Shown here in pieces: positions 40,278 to 58,508 of a DNA stretch of 64,000 bases. The notes beneath the pieces were generated by a model, which saw only the letters and a list, made by a program, of their open reading frames with translations, ran no database searches and was not told the origin of the DNA. The DNA comes from Eledone cirrhosa. Its lineage: Eukaryota. Made by a program: the position numbers and the translations under genes. The DNA lies in the NCBI GenBank assembly GCA_964016885.1, contig OZ024745.1, forward strand, positions 61,256,001 through 61,320,000, written 5' to 3'. The number at the start of each line of letters is the position of its first letter. Positions within the stretch are counted from its first letter, which is position 1.

Positions 40278-41316
40278 ACCAGATAGAAAAATGCGTACAG
40301 CAAAAAAAAGTAATATTGTTGGAATATAAACCTTTAAAAATACAGGACAAGAAACTAAAATAAAACTTTAAAAGAATAGGACAAGAAACTAAGATAAAAC
40401 TTTAAAAGAATAGGACAAGAAACTAAGATAAAACTTTAAAGAATTGGACAAGAAATAAAAAAATTGACAATAATATTAGTGGCAAAATTTTTTTATTCGT
40501 TTCCTGTGCTATGCCCCAGTATCTTCTTGATTAGTGCATAATAATTGTCATGCTCTCATTGTGTGTTGCCCCTGAGCGGTTGGTTCTGGTTGGGGTTGGT
40601 TGGCTGAGCAGTTCTGCTCCGTCAGAATGACCATTGCAAGAAGAATTGGCCGATGCAGCTGCAGGTCTCCTCCAAGAATGCACTTCTGGTCCCGCAACAC
40701 CAGACGAAGATGGAGAAGACGACCGGGACAAGATGTCGACTCTGACCACCGACTACGGCACCTCCCTCAACCACCGGTCCTCCCTCCCTCTGTCCCGTCA
40801 TCCCTCCAGTCCTCCTGCTCTCCCTTCCTGTACCAGAAAGCTGTGGCACGCATTCATCTGGACTGCCGGACTTGAACTCAAGGACAAGATGCAAGGAGAA
40901 GATGGACGGGTTGGTCAAGATCAAGGATGAGCGGGACGACAAGACCGTCCGCTGCTGCTCAAGATCTGTGCTCATGGGCCCATGGGTCCATCCACATTAT
41001 GCATGACACATGAGGCGTGTCGCCGAATGATGAAATAGGGGTATGGTTATGGCCCAATTGGTGTTCAAACCAGGATCAAATGATCCCCCGGTCTGACAAC
41101 GACCTCTGAATGTGGAACTCGATTTTTTACCAATAAAAATTTTGCCACTAATATTATTGTAACATTTTTTATTTCTTGTCCAATTCTTTAAAGTTTTATC
41201 TTAGTTTCTTGTCCTATTCTTTTAAAGTTTTATTTTAGTTTCTTGTCCTGTATTTTTAAAGGTTTATATTCCAACAATATTACTTTTTTTTTGCTGTACG
41301 CATTTTTCTATCTGGT
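40278..41316. mobile_element. Foldback-like structure: ~200-bp inverted repeats with 34-bp subrepeats enclosing a GC-rich segment
   Basis: Arms 40278-40497 and 41132-41316; unit GGACAAGAAACTAAGATAAAACTTTAAAAGAATA, three copies left and two right. Confidence 0.75.
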
Positions 41317-41336
41317 ATATATATATATATATATAT

Positions 41337-42415
41337 TCCGCGACCTCCTGGTCCGCAGTTCCTTCTCGTCCTCTCCCACGACTTCACCCGGCTCTCATCC
41401 CTGTTCCCGTTCCCGCTGCAACACTTGTCCCTTAATTTCCACCCCCACCACTCTTACAGGCCCTAACGGGTCTTTCCGTATCCGCCACTCGTTCACCTGG
41501 ACATCCGCCCATGTTGTCTATGCCCCCGGTGTTCTCTTTGCGGGTCTTTATATACCGGACAAACGGGACGCCGTATGGCGGACCGTTTTGCGAGTATTTG
41601 AGGGACATACGACTCTGTTTGAATACTCCTGTCGCCCGGCATTTCTGCTCTCCTGGTCATTCTTCCCTACACTTTTCAGCCCTGGGTGTCCTTTTACATC
41701 ATGGATCACAGGCTTCAGGCACCAGGACTGAACAAAGTCTGATTCACCGCCTTGAGTCCTATTCCCCTCTTGGACTCGACTCACCTCCCCAATTTCTCTA
41801 GATTCCTATCGCTTTCTCTTGATCATTAACATCTTCTCTTATAACTAATACAGGCCGACTATATATGCTCACTTCACTTTTCCCTTCACTGCTCTGTATA
41901 CACACATACACACACTTATATTAACATACTTTTGCTCATAGCTTCGGACTTACATGCACACACACTCTTTTACTCACATATACACACACATTTCTTCTTA
42001 GCTTCGTACGGACGTATAATAACACACAAACACACAAACACACGCGCGCACACGCGCGCACACACACACATACTTACGCGCGCGCACAAGTATAGCTCTT
42101 TTTACAAAACGGTTTTTTTCCATTTCAGGTAGACGCGCTCCATCATCCCCCTTTCTAAAAAATAAATCATACACAAAACGCCATCACCAACAGTTTTGCA
42201 AGAGATGTCAACATGTATGGACGTGTTATTTTTATCTAAAGACATTTTTTCCAATTCCAACCCGCCCGTCCCCTCAATCTATCTTATTTCTCATTCTTTT
42301 TTCTGACGAAGGACTAGCGTCCGAAATGTTAAGACCTCCTTCCTACTATATCAAGCGTTAACCTAATATATCCCTTCCATATACTGTACCGATTGTGTTG
42401 TTATTTCTGTTTACC

Positions 42416-42489
<74 letters not shown>

Positions 42490-42920
42490 ACACACACACA
42501 CACACACGCACACATACACACACGCACACGCACACGCGCGCGCGCGCGCACACACACACACACACATGCTTACGCGCGTGCACAAGTATAGCTCTTTTTA
42601 CAAAACGGTTTTTTTCCATTTCAGGTAGACGCACTCCATCATCCCCCTTTCTAAAAAATAAATCATACACAAAACACCATCACCAACAGTTTTGCAAGAG
42701 ATGTCAACATGTATGGACGTGTTATTTTTATCTAAAGACATTTTTTCCAATTCCAACCCGCCCGTCCCCTCAATCTATCTTATTTCTCATTCTTTTTTCT
42801 GATGAAGGACTAGCGTCCGAAATGTTAAGACCCTCTTCCTGCTATATCAAGCGTTAACCTAATATATCCCTTCCATATACTGTACCGATTGTGTTGTTAT
42901 TTCTGTTTACCTTTTATACA
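41337..42920 (+). mobile_element. 5'-truncated PLE (Neptune-clade-like): GIY-YIG remnant (41337-41801) plus a tandemly duplicated pLTR
   Basis: RDLLVRS, PCSRSRCNTC, VVYA, LYIGQTGRR-like sequence after a frameshift, PVARHFCSPGHS, EQSLIHRL, PLGL; ~360-bp direct repeats at 42060-42420 and 42555-42916. Confidence 0.88.
42299..42334 (+). ncRNA. Minimal HHR motif, family H7 (also 42795-42830 plus and 55778-55813 minus)
   Basis: TCTT-CTGA(C/T)GA-A-GGAC-TAGC-GTCC-GAAA(C/T)GTT-AAGA; the 55.8-kb copy keeps the AACGTT palindrome. Confidence 0.75.
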
Positions 42921-43210
42921 CACACACACACACACACACACATATTAGATCTAAATCTGTTTCGCAACAATTATTATGTGAAAGTCACTATTTCTGGGCT
43001 CTTCTGCGGGTATCCAAGAAATTCGTACCTTTCACTTCAAAAGATTTAAGAAGACTGAAACTGTGTTGTACGCACATGTCATAAAACCATAAAACCGGCT
43101 GCTAGTTTTAGCGGCACGAGTATGAGACGCGTTAGGCGCTGTGACATGTGCGTACAACACATAGTTTCAGTCTTCTTAAATCTTTTGAAGTGAAAGGTAC
43201 GAATTTCCTG

Positions 43211-43289
43211 GATACCCCCAGAAGAGCACAGGAATAGTGACTTTCACTTAATAATTGTTGCGAAACAGATTTAGATCTGTCCGGGTATC
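43211..43289 (+). ncRNA. HHR-like motif, family H8, with CAGAAGA core, inside inverted repeat 42947-43080 / 43142-43278
   Basis: GATACCC(C/G)-CAGAAGA-GCAC...GTTGC-GAA-ACAGAT-TTAG-ATCTGT-C-CGGGTATC; GUC site; both arms have CAGAAGA. Confidence 0.65.
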
Positions 43290-44419
43290 AAACGGCGATT
43301 GCCCAATATAGGTTTGTTATTTTTATTGATTTATTACTTTAAATCTTAAATCGAGACAGGCAAACCATATTGTTTTAAATTAGTATTTTTCAACCTAGCT
43401 AACTTGGTCATTTACAATTCGAACACATGTATACTAGTATTGGTGTTCAACCCTCTCATATATTCAATTGTATTTCGGTGGGCAGGAAAAGCGAAGCGAA
43501 ACGCAAAAATCAGAAATGACACTGGAAAAGTGCTCAATAGTTAAAAACCAGAGCTAAACAATGTGTTAAGAAGCCATACAAAACTGAAAAGGTGGTCAAG
43601 AAGGCAATTACCACCCAAGCCAAAAACCAAATCAAGCTAAACAGGTCAAAACAAAATAAATGATAAAAAATAATAAATGATAACCAATGATATATATATA
43701 TATATATATATTAGAAAGTGAGGTTTTTTTTACAAAATGAAAAATAACCGAAGTGTCCTACACGAGTGAAAGTATAAAGAAAAAAAGATGAAATCGAAAA
43801 TGCAACTGGAGTCTTATTTAAAAAAATATATATATATTTATTTGGTTCCTTTACCGGTTTCGCAGTTCTTCTGCTTTTCAAAAGTAGAGTTGAGATGGAG
43901 GGTCTGTGGTTTTTCTCACATCTGGTTGGTCTCTGAATGTTACTTGTTTTATATGGAAAAAAGTGGCTCGAAATGCCAGGTTTTTAGAGAAGTAATTTGA
44001 TTGGTTGGTCAATAATTATAATAAATTTCGCGCCAGTTCGCGCTACAAAGTTCTTCAAACAAGGGGGGGAGGGGAGGGGGGGACACAGGTTGTTTTTTCA
44101 TATATCAGTGTTTGAATTTCTTTTTACTTAAAAAAAGGGGCTCACGAAGGCTTTTTTTAAATAAACGTAATTTGATTGGTTATAAATGAAATTATGGCTG
44201 TCACGGGAACAAGTTTTCATTAAATTTTCGCGCCCTTATTTGGAAATCTATTCTGTAGCCTTTTTAGAGAATTTTATGACAAGCAAAAGATAATGGTCAA
44301 GAGAAATTGGATGGGAGAATTGTTCTGGTTCAGTGAATATGGTTAGTTCGCTGGGGTGTCAGAATTCAGATTTTCTATTGAAGTAAGGAAAGTAAAGATG
44401 TGTATGTTTATTTGTGTGC

Positions 44420-44500
<81 letters not shown>

Positions 44501-44592
44501 AATTTCTTTTTACTTAAAAAAGGGGCTCACGAAGGCTTTTTTTAAATAAATGTAATTTGATTGGTTATAAATGAAATTATGGCTGTCACGTG

Positions 44593-44626
<34 letters not shown>

Positions 44627-44630
<4 letters not shown>

Positions 44631-44830
44631 AAGTAATGAACCCAAAACTCATTCTCGGTTCGGAAGCTTTCAAGGAAACCAGCTGGATGTTCCATCATCC
44701 TGTGGATAACACAATCAATGCCTTCATCGGTGGTGGTAGTTGCAGGACATCAGACATTGGGTCAGCTTCGATACGCCCCTTTCCCCTTTCTTCTCCTATA
44801 TTCAGCTGGCCAATCTCAGCATGTCCTTAA
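44627..44830 (-). mobile_element. mariner transposase fragment
   Basis: HPAGFLESFRTENEFWVHYFD resembles the FLxRxxTxDExWVHxF motif. Confidence 0.6.
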
Positions 44831-45509
44831 GGGCTAACCTCTTTTTTGCAGGTACTTGATAACAACACGATGCCAAAATTTGTTTATTTTCAAGAGACGT
44901 CGCAGTTAGTTACATTTGAAGTTTTCTTTGAACAGTCAGATGCCAGCTTACCTGGAAAGAAACAATGCAACTATTTAAAAAAGGTAAAATTAATGCAGGT
45001 AAGATCTCTCACCTCTAGCCTCATTCCTTCATTGTCAGCATATGGACCTTTTAGTCAACTCCCATGCATGAAATCCAAGTTAGTAAAGTAAAATGGATTT
45101 CACATGCAAGGGAGATTATCTCCACAGGTTTTGAGCTGTATGCTTTGAGCGTTATCTCCCCTATCTAACTTAATTAAAAGAAATTAAATAAGGATTTGTA
45201 ATAGAAGGAAGATCACTCTAAATGCAGAAGTAAACTGTTGAAGTAAACTCCCTTATTAAAAGTATCAGTTCATTAAATTTAAAATGTTCGATTTCAAATT
45301 GAAAGTGCTTAAGGAAAGCGAACAATTTAAACTTAAGAACCTAATGATTGTCAAAATTTATTAACAAAACACTTTATCTATTTACACACACAAAAGACCA
45401 ACCTGTCCAGCTCGGACTAGGAGTTAAGTGCTGATGTGAGGGGGCAGCATATGTTGCCAGACATTTTATAGAGCACACGACTTCGTCACCTCTCCTAGTG
45501 AGGTTAGAC

Positions 45510-45930
45510 ATGCGTAACATCTTCAACAGTGTTACACGTGATCACATTTAGAGAACTCTCTAAGACGTCTCCCTCGTTGCACTCTCTCACTCACCTCTCT
45601 TATGAGACACCCATCACAATCCTGCCTGCCGACAAGCAGGTCAACTCTGCTACGGGTGTCAGGAAAAGAGACTTATTCGGCCTGCTTCTTTTCGTGCTGG
45701 CTGTTGATGACATCGCTCACTCAGTCACCTCGCCGTTCAATGTCTGGTACTTTGACGACGCGACTCTGGGAGGCTCGGTTAAGTCTGTTACTGAGGGCCT
45801 CTGGTGGGTCATTCCTACTTTAAGGGTCCTAGGGCTGCAGATCAATCCGTTCAAATATGAGGTCCTCAACGTGACCGACGACGAATTCGAATTCCAAGTC
45901 ACGATGTTCGGCATCGAAGCTGTCTTGACA
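45510..45930 (+). mobile_element. Non-LTR RT fragment, CRE-clade-like
   Basis: SATGVRKRDLFGLLLFVLA ... NVWYFDDATLGG ... GLQINPFKYE (GVQQGDPLGPLLF / WYLDD / GLxLNxxK pattern). Confidence 0.75.
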
Positions 45931-45975
45931 TATGTATATATTATTTTACACATATATATATATTATGTATTATAT

Positions 45976-46007
<32 letters not shown>

Positions 46008-46050
46008 CTATATTACATCTCTCTATATATAATATAATACATTATCCCCG

Positions 46051-46081
<31 letters not shown>

Positions 46082-46149
46082 ATATCAAGCGTTAACCTAA
46101 TATATACCTTCCATATACTGTACCGATTATGTTGATATTTCTGTTTACC

Positions 46150-46230
<81 letters not shown>

Positions 46231-46231
46231 A

Positions 46232-46453
<222 letters not shown>

Positions 46454-46520
46454 GTATATATATATGTATATATATATATGTATATGTATGTATATATATA
46501 TATGTATATATATATATATG

Positions 46521-46557
<37 letters not shown>

Positions 46558-46670
46558 GTATATGTATAGATATATATATGTATATATATATATATGTATA
46601 TATATATATGTATATATATATGTATATATATATGTATATATATATGTATATATATATGTATATATATATG

Positions 46671-46723
<53 letters not shown>

Positions 46724-46742
46724 GTATATATATATGTATATA

Positions 46743-51777
<5,035 letters not shown>

Positions 51778-51853
51778 TATATATACTTATATATATATTC
51801 TTTTACCTTCTTCTTTTACCTGTTTCAGCCATCCGGCTGAGGCCATGCTGGGG

Positions 51854-51920
<67 letters not shown>

Positions 51921-52202
51921 CGAAAAGCACACAAACATACAGATATAATGAAACATTAACTGTGGGCTTCTGTTCACGCAGTACTAGTTATTAAAAGGTA
52001 TACAGGAATTACAGCCAGACTTCAAACACGGAGCGATTGAATAATTTTTAATAATTCAGATATTCTATTCAATAATTTCTTTTATTTTTCCTGTAAATAC
52101 CATGATTGTAAAGAATTGCGTGCAGGAGATATTCATAACAACTATAACAACAATAACAACAGCACCAACAGCGAACACGACAACTACAACAATGACGACG
52201 AC

Positions 52203-52255
<53 letters not shown>

Positions 52256-52257
<2 letters not shown>

Positions 52258-54856
52258 ATAACAACAACAGCAGCGACGACGACAATCCCCCCCCCCCCTC
52301 TCGACAATAACAACAACAATAACAGCAACAACAATGACGATGACAATTACAACAACAATAGCGACAGTGATGACAACGACGACAACCATAACGATGATAA
52401 CGATGACAACGATGACAACGATGACAACGATGACAACGACAACAACGATGACAAAGACAACGACAACAACGAAGACAACGATGACAACGACGACCACGAC
52501 GACAACGACAACAACGATGACAACGATGACAACGATGAAAACGATGACAACGACGACAACGATGACAACAATGACAACGACAACAACGATGACAACGATG
52601 ACAACGACGACAACGACGACAACGATGACAACGATGACAACGACGACAGCGATGACAACGATGACAACGACGACAACGATGACAACGATGACAACGATGA
52701 CAACGACGACAACGATGACAACGATGACAACGACGACAACAATGACAACGATGACAACGATGACAACGACGACAACGACGACAACGACAACAACGATGAC
52801 AACGATGACAACGATGACAACGATGACAACAATGACAACGACAACAACGATGACAACGACGACAACGATGACAACGACAACAACGATGACAACGACAACG
52901 ACAACAACGACGACAACGATGACAACGACGACAACGATGACAACGACAACAACGACGACAACGATGACAACGACGACAACGATGACAACGACGACAACGA
53001 TGACAACGACAACGACAACAACGACGACAACGATGACAACGACGACAACGATGACAACGACAACAACGACGACAACGATGACAACGACAACAACGACGAC
53101 AACGATGACAACGACAACAACGATGACAACGACAACAACGACGACAACGATGACAACGACGACAACGATGACAACGACAACAACGACGACAACGATGACA
53201 ACAATGACAACGACAACAACGACAACGACGACAACGACAACAACGATGACAACGATGACAACGATGACAACGACGACAACGATGACAACGACGACAATGA
53301 TGACCACGATGACAACAATGACAGCGATGACAACGACGACAACGATGACAACAATGACAACGATGACAACGATGACAACAATGACAGCGATGACAACGAT
53401 GACAACAATGACAACGATGACAACGATGACAACGATGACCACGATGACAACGATGACAACGATGACAACGATGACCACGATGACCACGATGACAACGATG
53501 ACAACGATGACAACAATGACAACGACGACAACGATGACAACAATGACAACGATGACAACGATGACAACGATGACAACGACGACAACGATGACAACAATGA
53601 CAACGATGACAACGATGACAACAATGACAGCGATGACAACGATGACAACGATGACAACAATGACAACGATGACCACGATGACAACGATGACAACGATGAC
53701 AACAATGACAACGACGACAACGATGACAACGATGACAACGATGACAACGATGACAACGACGACAACGACAACAACGATGACAACAATGACAACGATGACA
53801 ACGATGACAACAATGACAACGATGACCACGATGACAACGATGACAACGATGACAACAATGACAACAATGACAGCGATGACAACGACGACAACGATGACAA
53901 CGATGACAACGATGACAGCGATGACAACGACGACAACGATGACAACGATGACAACGATGACAACGATGACAGCGATGACAACGACGACAACGATGACAAC
54001 AATGACAGCGATGACAACGATGACAACGATGACAACGATGACAGCGATGACAACGACGACAACGATGACAACAAGGACAGCGATGACAACGACGACAACG
54101 ATGACAACAAGGACAGCGATGACAACGACGACAACGATGACAACAATGACAGCGATGACAACGATGACAACGACGACAACGATGACAACAATGACAGCAA
54201 TGACGACGATGACAACGATGACAACAATGACAACGATGACAACGACGACAACGATGACAACGATGACAACGATGACAACGACGACAACGATGACAACGAT
54301 GACAACGATGACAACGACGACAACGATGACAACGATGACAACGATGACAACGATGACAACGACGACAACGACAACAACGATGACAACGAAGACAACGACG
54401 ACAACGATGACAACGATGACAACGATGACAACGACGACAACAATGACAACGACAACAACGATGACAACGATGACAACGACGACAACGACGATAACGATGA
54501 CAACGATGACAACGACGACAACGATGACAACGATGACAACGATGACAACGATGACAACGACGACAACGATGACAACGATGACAACGATGACAACGATGAC
54601 AACGATGACAACGACGACAACGACGACAACGATGACAACGATGACAACGATGACAACGACGACAACGATGACAACGATGACAACGATGACAACGACGACA
54701 ACGACAACAACGATGACAACGATGACAACGATGACAACGACGACAACGACAACAACGATGACAACGATGACAACGATGACAACGATGACAACGACGACAA
54801 CGATGACAACGATGACAACGACGACAACGACGACAACAATGACAGCGATGACAACG
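52256..54856. repeat. ~2.6-kb triplet-based minisatellite, mainly (AACGATGAC)n with GAC/AAC/CAC/AGC variants
   Basis: Read directly; followed by an (ATC)n-type tract at 54933-55050. Confidence 0.97.
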
Positions 54857-55190
54857 GTAAAGTCAATAAAAGCAAATCCAATAACGAAAACGACAATAAA
54901 AAACGAACCAGCGCAAACAGTTACCGACTTCACATCATCATCATCGTTATCATCATCATCATCGTCATCATCATTATTATTTATCGTCATCATCATCATC
55001 CTCATCATCATCATCATTATCATCGTCGTCGTCGTCATCATCATTATTATTTATCGTCTTACCTACTTGTTACTTACCTACGGATACCTTTAAATATATA
55101 ATATACTCTTCGCTACTGACTTTATGAATTATCTAAGACACTTTTAATATTGTTTATTTATTTTCTACCCCCACCCCCTGGAAATAACTA

Positions 55191-55298
<108 letters not shown>

Positions 55299-55658
55299 CA
55301 TATATATACAAAGTGTCTCCCCCCCAACATGTATACACAGTTTGATTACCTGTACAGTCAAGTGTGTATATATATATATATTTTGGGACACCCTGTATAT
55401 ATAAGTTAAAACAATTAAATAAAAATTCAAGTCATTAGAAATATACTTCACTGCTTTACGATCGTTTCTAGGTGATGATAATACATCGTAACCATACTTC
55501 GTTATCGATCTATGACTTGAATTTTATTTCATTGTTTTAACTTATATCATGACTCTGTTTTATTGTTTTCCGGGATTTATTTTAACCTACAGCATTGTCA
55601 TCATATGGATTACATTGAGTTCTTCATGCAGACTAGACCCCACAACTTACCGTGGATA

Positions 55659-55692
<34 letters not shown>

Positions 55693-55694
55693 GA

Positions 55695-56020
55695 TATGTA
55701 AACCGAAATAACAACACAATCGGTACAGTATATGGAAGGGATATATTAGGTTAACGCTTGATATAGCAGGAAGAGGGTCTTAACGTTTCGGACGCTAGTC
55801 CTTCATCAGAAGAAAGAATGAGAAATAACATAGATTGAGCGGGACGGGCGGGTTGGAATTGGAAAAAATTTCTTTAGATAAAAATAACAGGTCCATTCAT
55901 ATTGACATCTCTTGCAAAACTGTTGGTGATGGTGTTTTGTGTATGATTTATATTTTTTAGAAAAGTGGATGATGGAGCGCGTCTACCTGAAATGGAAAAA
56001 AAACAAACCGTTTTGTAAAA
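55695..56020 (-). mobile_element. Solo pLTR of the Neptune-like PLE between (TA)n tracts
   Basis: Reverse complement of about 42595-42910; intact H7 HHR. A shorter piece of the same end lies at 46083-46155. Confidence 0.85.
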
Positions 56021-56460
56021 TATATATATATATATATATGTATATACACTCTCAGGTCCCAAATTTTTGGGTGTTGGAATTAGCGGCTGCCTTGGAATAG
56101 TCGGGGTGTTTGGAAAATCACTAATTTTTATAGGTTGTCTCCGTTTATTTTATATATTCGACACTAATATTTCACGGATAACAGGTCAACATTTGTGGAT
56201 CAAGCTATCATCCGTATAGGATGATATCAAGTACATTTAAAGTCCTATGAAGTTACAACAGAGAATGGAAACCATTTTTTATTCTTTCATAACCAGATCA
56301 GCTAGCAACCTAATCATCTGCCAATCCCCATATACAAGGTGTAATGCTCGTTTTTCGCTGTAATCTCTTTCAACAGCATATGAGTATCTTTTCAGTGATC
56401 GCGAAAAAACAAAACAAAACTTTATTTCATTTTCCGACTGTGTAAACTTGTTTTTTATGA

Positions 56461-56546
<86 letters not shown>

Positions 56547-56548
<2 letters not shown>

Positions 56549-56750
56549 CGAAGGAAACATGGTAAGGAACCAGATGGACCATAACGCACCAAAGTACTCA
56601 ATACTTAGGGTAGTAGAGTGGGTAATAGGAACGAGTTGGACCCCGACGGCTGAGCTCAAGCCGTTTCGACGGCTAATTCTGGACTTCTGTGTCCACAATT
56701 AGCCGTCGAAACGGCTTGAGCTCAGCCGTCGGGGTCCTACTCGTTCCTAT
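56547..56750. mobile_element. PLE-like relic: palindrome (56618-56749) centred on an HHR stem II (family H9), plus tail
   Basis: GACGGCTAATT...AATTAGCCGTC-GAA-ACGGCT-TGAGCTC-AGCCGT-C-GGGGTCC; the CTGANGA side is replaced by the mirror arm. Confidence 0.7.
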
Positions 56751-57441
56751 ATATATATATATATATATATATAGTGTGAACTTGACTGACTAGATTTAAT
56801 TAACAGCAGCACTAACGTAGCATGATACAGAATAGAGTTGCAAACGGAATATATATTCTAAATCTCTTAAATGCACCACCAGTTATAGCAAGTTGAGAAA
56901 TTCTCCACGTTGGACATGACTTCAACATTAACACTGAGGCTGAAATAGAGGCAGCTATTAAAGGCTCCGGGTTGGTGACTTTGAATAAGCAGACGATATC
57001 GGCCTGTTGGAGAATGAATTTGAAAGCAGCCAAAAAACAACTTGACACTCAGACTTCTACAGCTAAAGATGTGTTGTCTGTTAATTAACATAAATAAAAC
57101 AATCTGGTATGCTGCCACAGAACCTTGAATTGGAGAAGGGCACAGTCACCATGCTGGTTGTAGGTCCCCATCTAGAAGAGGGCTGTTTCACACATGGTCC
57201 ATTGTACGTAGGTTATTCCATATTAGGAAGACCTCACTAACTCTTCATATATGCCCCAATGAAAAAAGTTACAAACATTGTATATACTGAAGTTCTGCAA
57301 TATGATACGTATATGTATATATATATATTTGTATACAGTATTATTTACACGCACGCACACGCGCACGTCCATGTGTGTGTGTGAGTGTCTGTGTATAAAT
57401 ATATATAAACATATATATATATATATTATACATACACACAC

Positions 57442-57472
<31 letters not shown>

Positions 57473-57544
57473 AGTGTCCGCGTTATTGAATGTGTATATG
57501 TAATGTTTGTATTTATACAATGTATGTCTCCATGCACCTTTATA

Positions 57545-57574
57545 TTTATGTATGTATGTAGGTATGTATGTATG

Positions 57575-57608
<34 letters not shown>

Positions 57609-57694
57609 TGTATGTATGTATGTATGTATGTATGTGTATATGTATATATGTATGTATGTATGTATGTGTGTATGTATGTATGGATGGATGGATC

Positions 57695-57728
<34 letters not shown>

Positions 57729-57790
57729 TGTATGTATGTATGTATGTATGTATGTATGTATGTATGTATGTGTTTATGTATGGATGTATG
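57545..57790. repeat. (ATGT)n microsatellite; (ATCT)n at 58250-58510; many (TA)n/(CA)n tracts throughout 27-64 kb
   Basis: Read directly. Confidence 0.95.
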
Positions 57791-57797
57791 TACGTGC

Positions 57798-57830
<33 letters not shown>

Positions 57831-58250
57831 GTTTATATATATATATATATTTGTGTGTGTGTATGAATGATGGCACAGAACACTGATTCAACATGGACGT
57901 CATTCCTACTTCCGGTGGTAATTCAAAACTAGTGAAACGAATGACAAACATCGGCTTCTCTCTCACCTGGTCTTTTGAAATGCTGTATGAATCAGATCTA
58001 GGCGCTATATGTTGTCTCTGGATCATATTGCTCACATATTATAGGCAACCTTAAAAACAGCCATTAACTAAAATAACGTCGTTAATATTCGACATTACAG
58101 TCAAACATAACAGATTGACTGAAAACTGACGAACAGGAAGTAAGGTTATTTGTCTGAATGCCGCTTGTTGCTCCGCGACTCTCATGAATAGTCCATATTT
58201 CGTTAGGTTTTGAATGGGGAATATGCTGACGAAATTCTTGCTTACTTCTC

Positions 58251-58305
<55 letters not shown>

Positions 58306-58354
58306 CTTTGTAATTGTCCCCTTCTTTTGTGCCCCTGTGGCTAATAAAGAAATA

Positions 58355-58414
<60 letters not shown>

Positions 58415-58429
58415 CACCCATTCATCCAT

Positions 58430-58508
<79 letters not shown>

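Noticed and set aside
52069-55093. Poly-V/I, poly-T/M and poly-S/L ORFs of 849-991 aa
   Set aside because: Alternative frames of the 9-bp minisatellite
56800-57230. Possible retroelement coding fragment
   Set aside because: No motif identified with enough confidence
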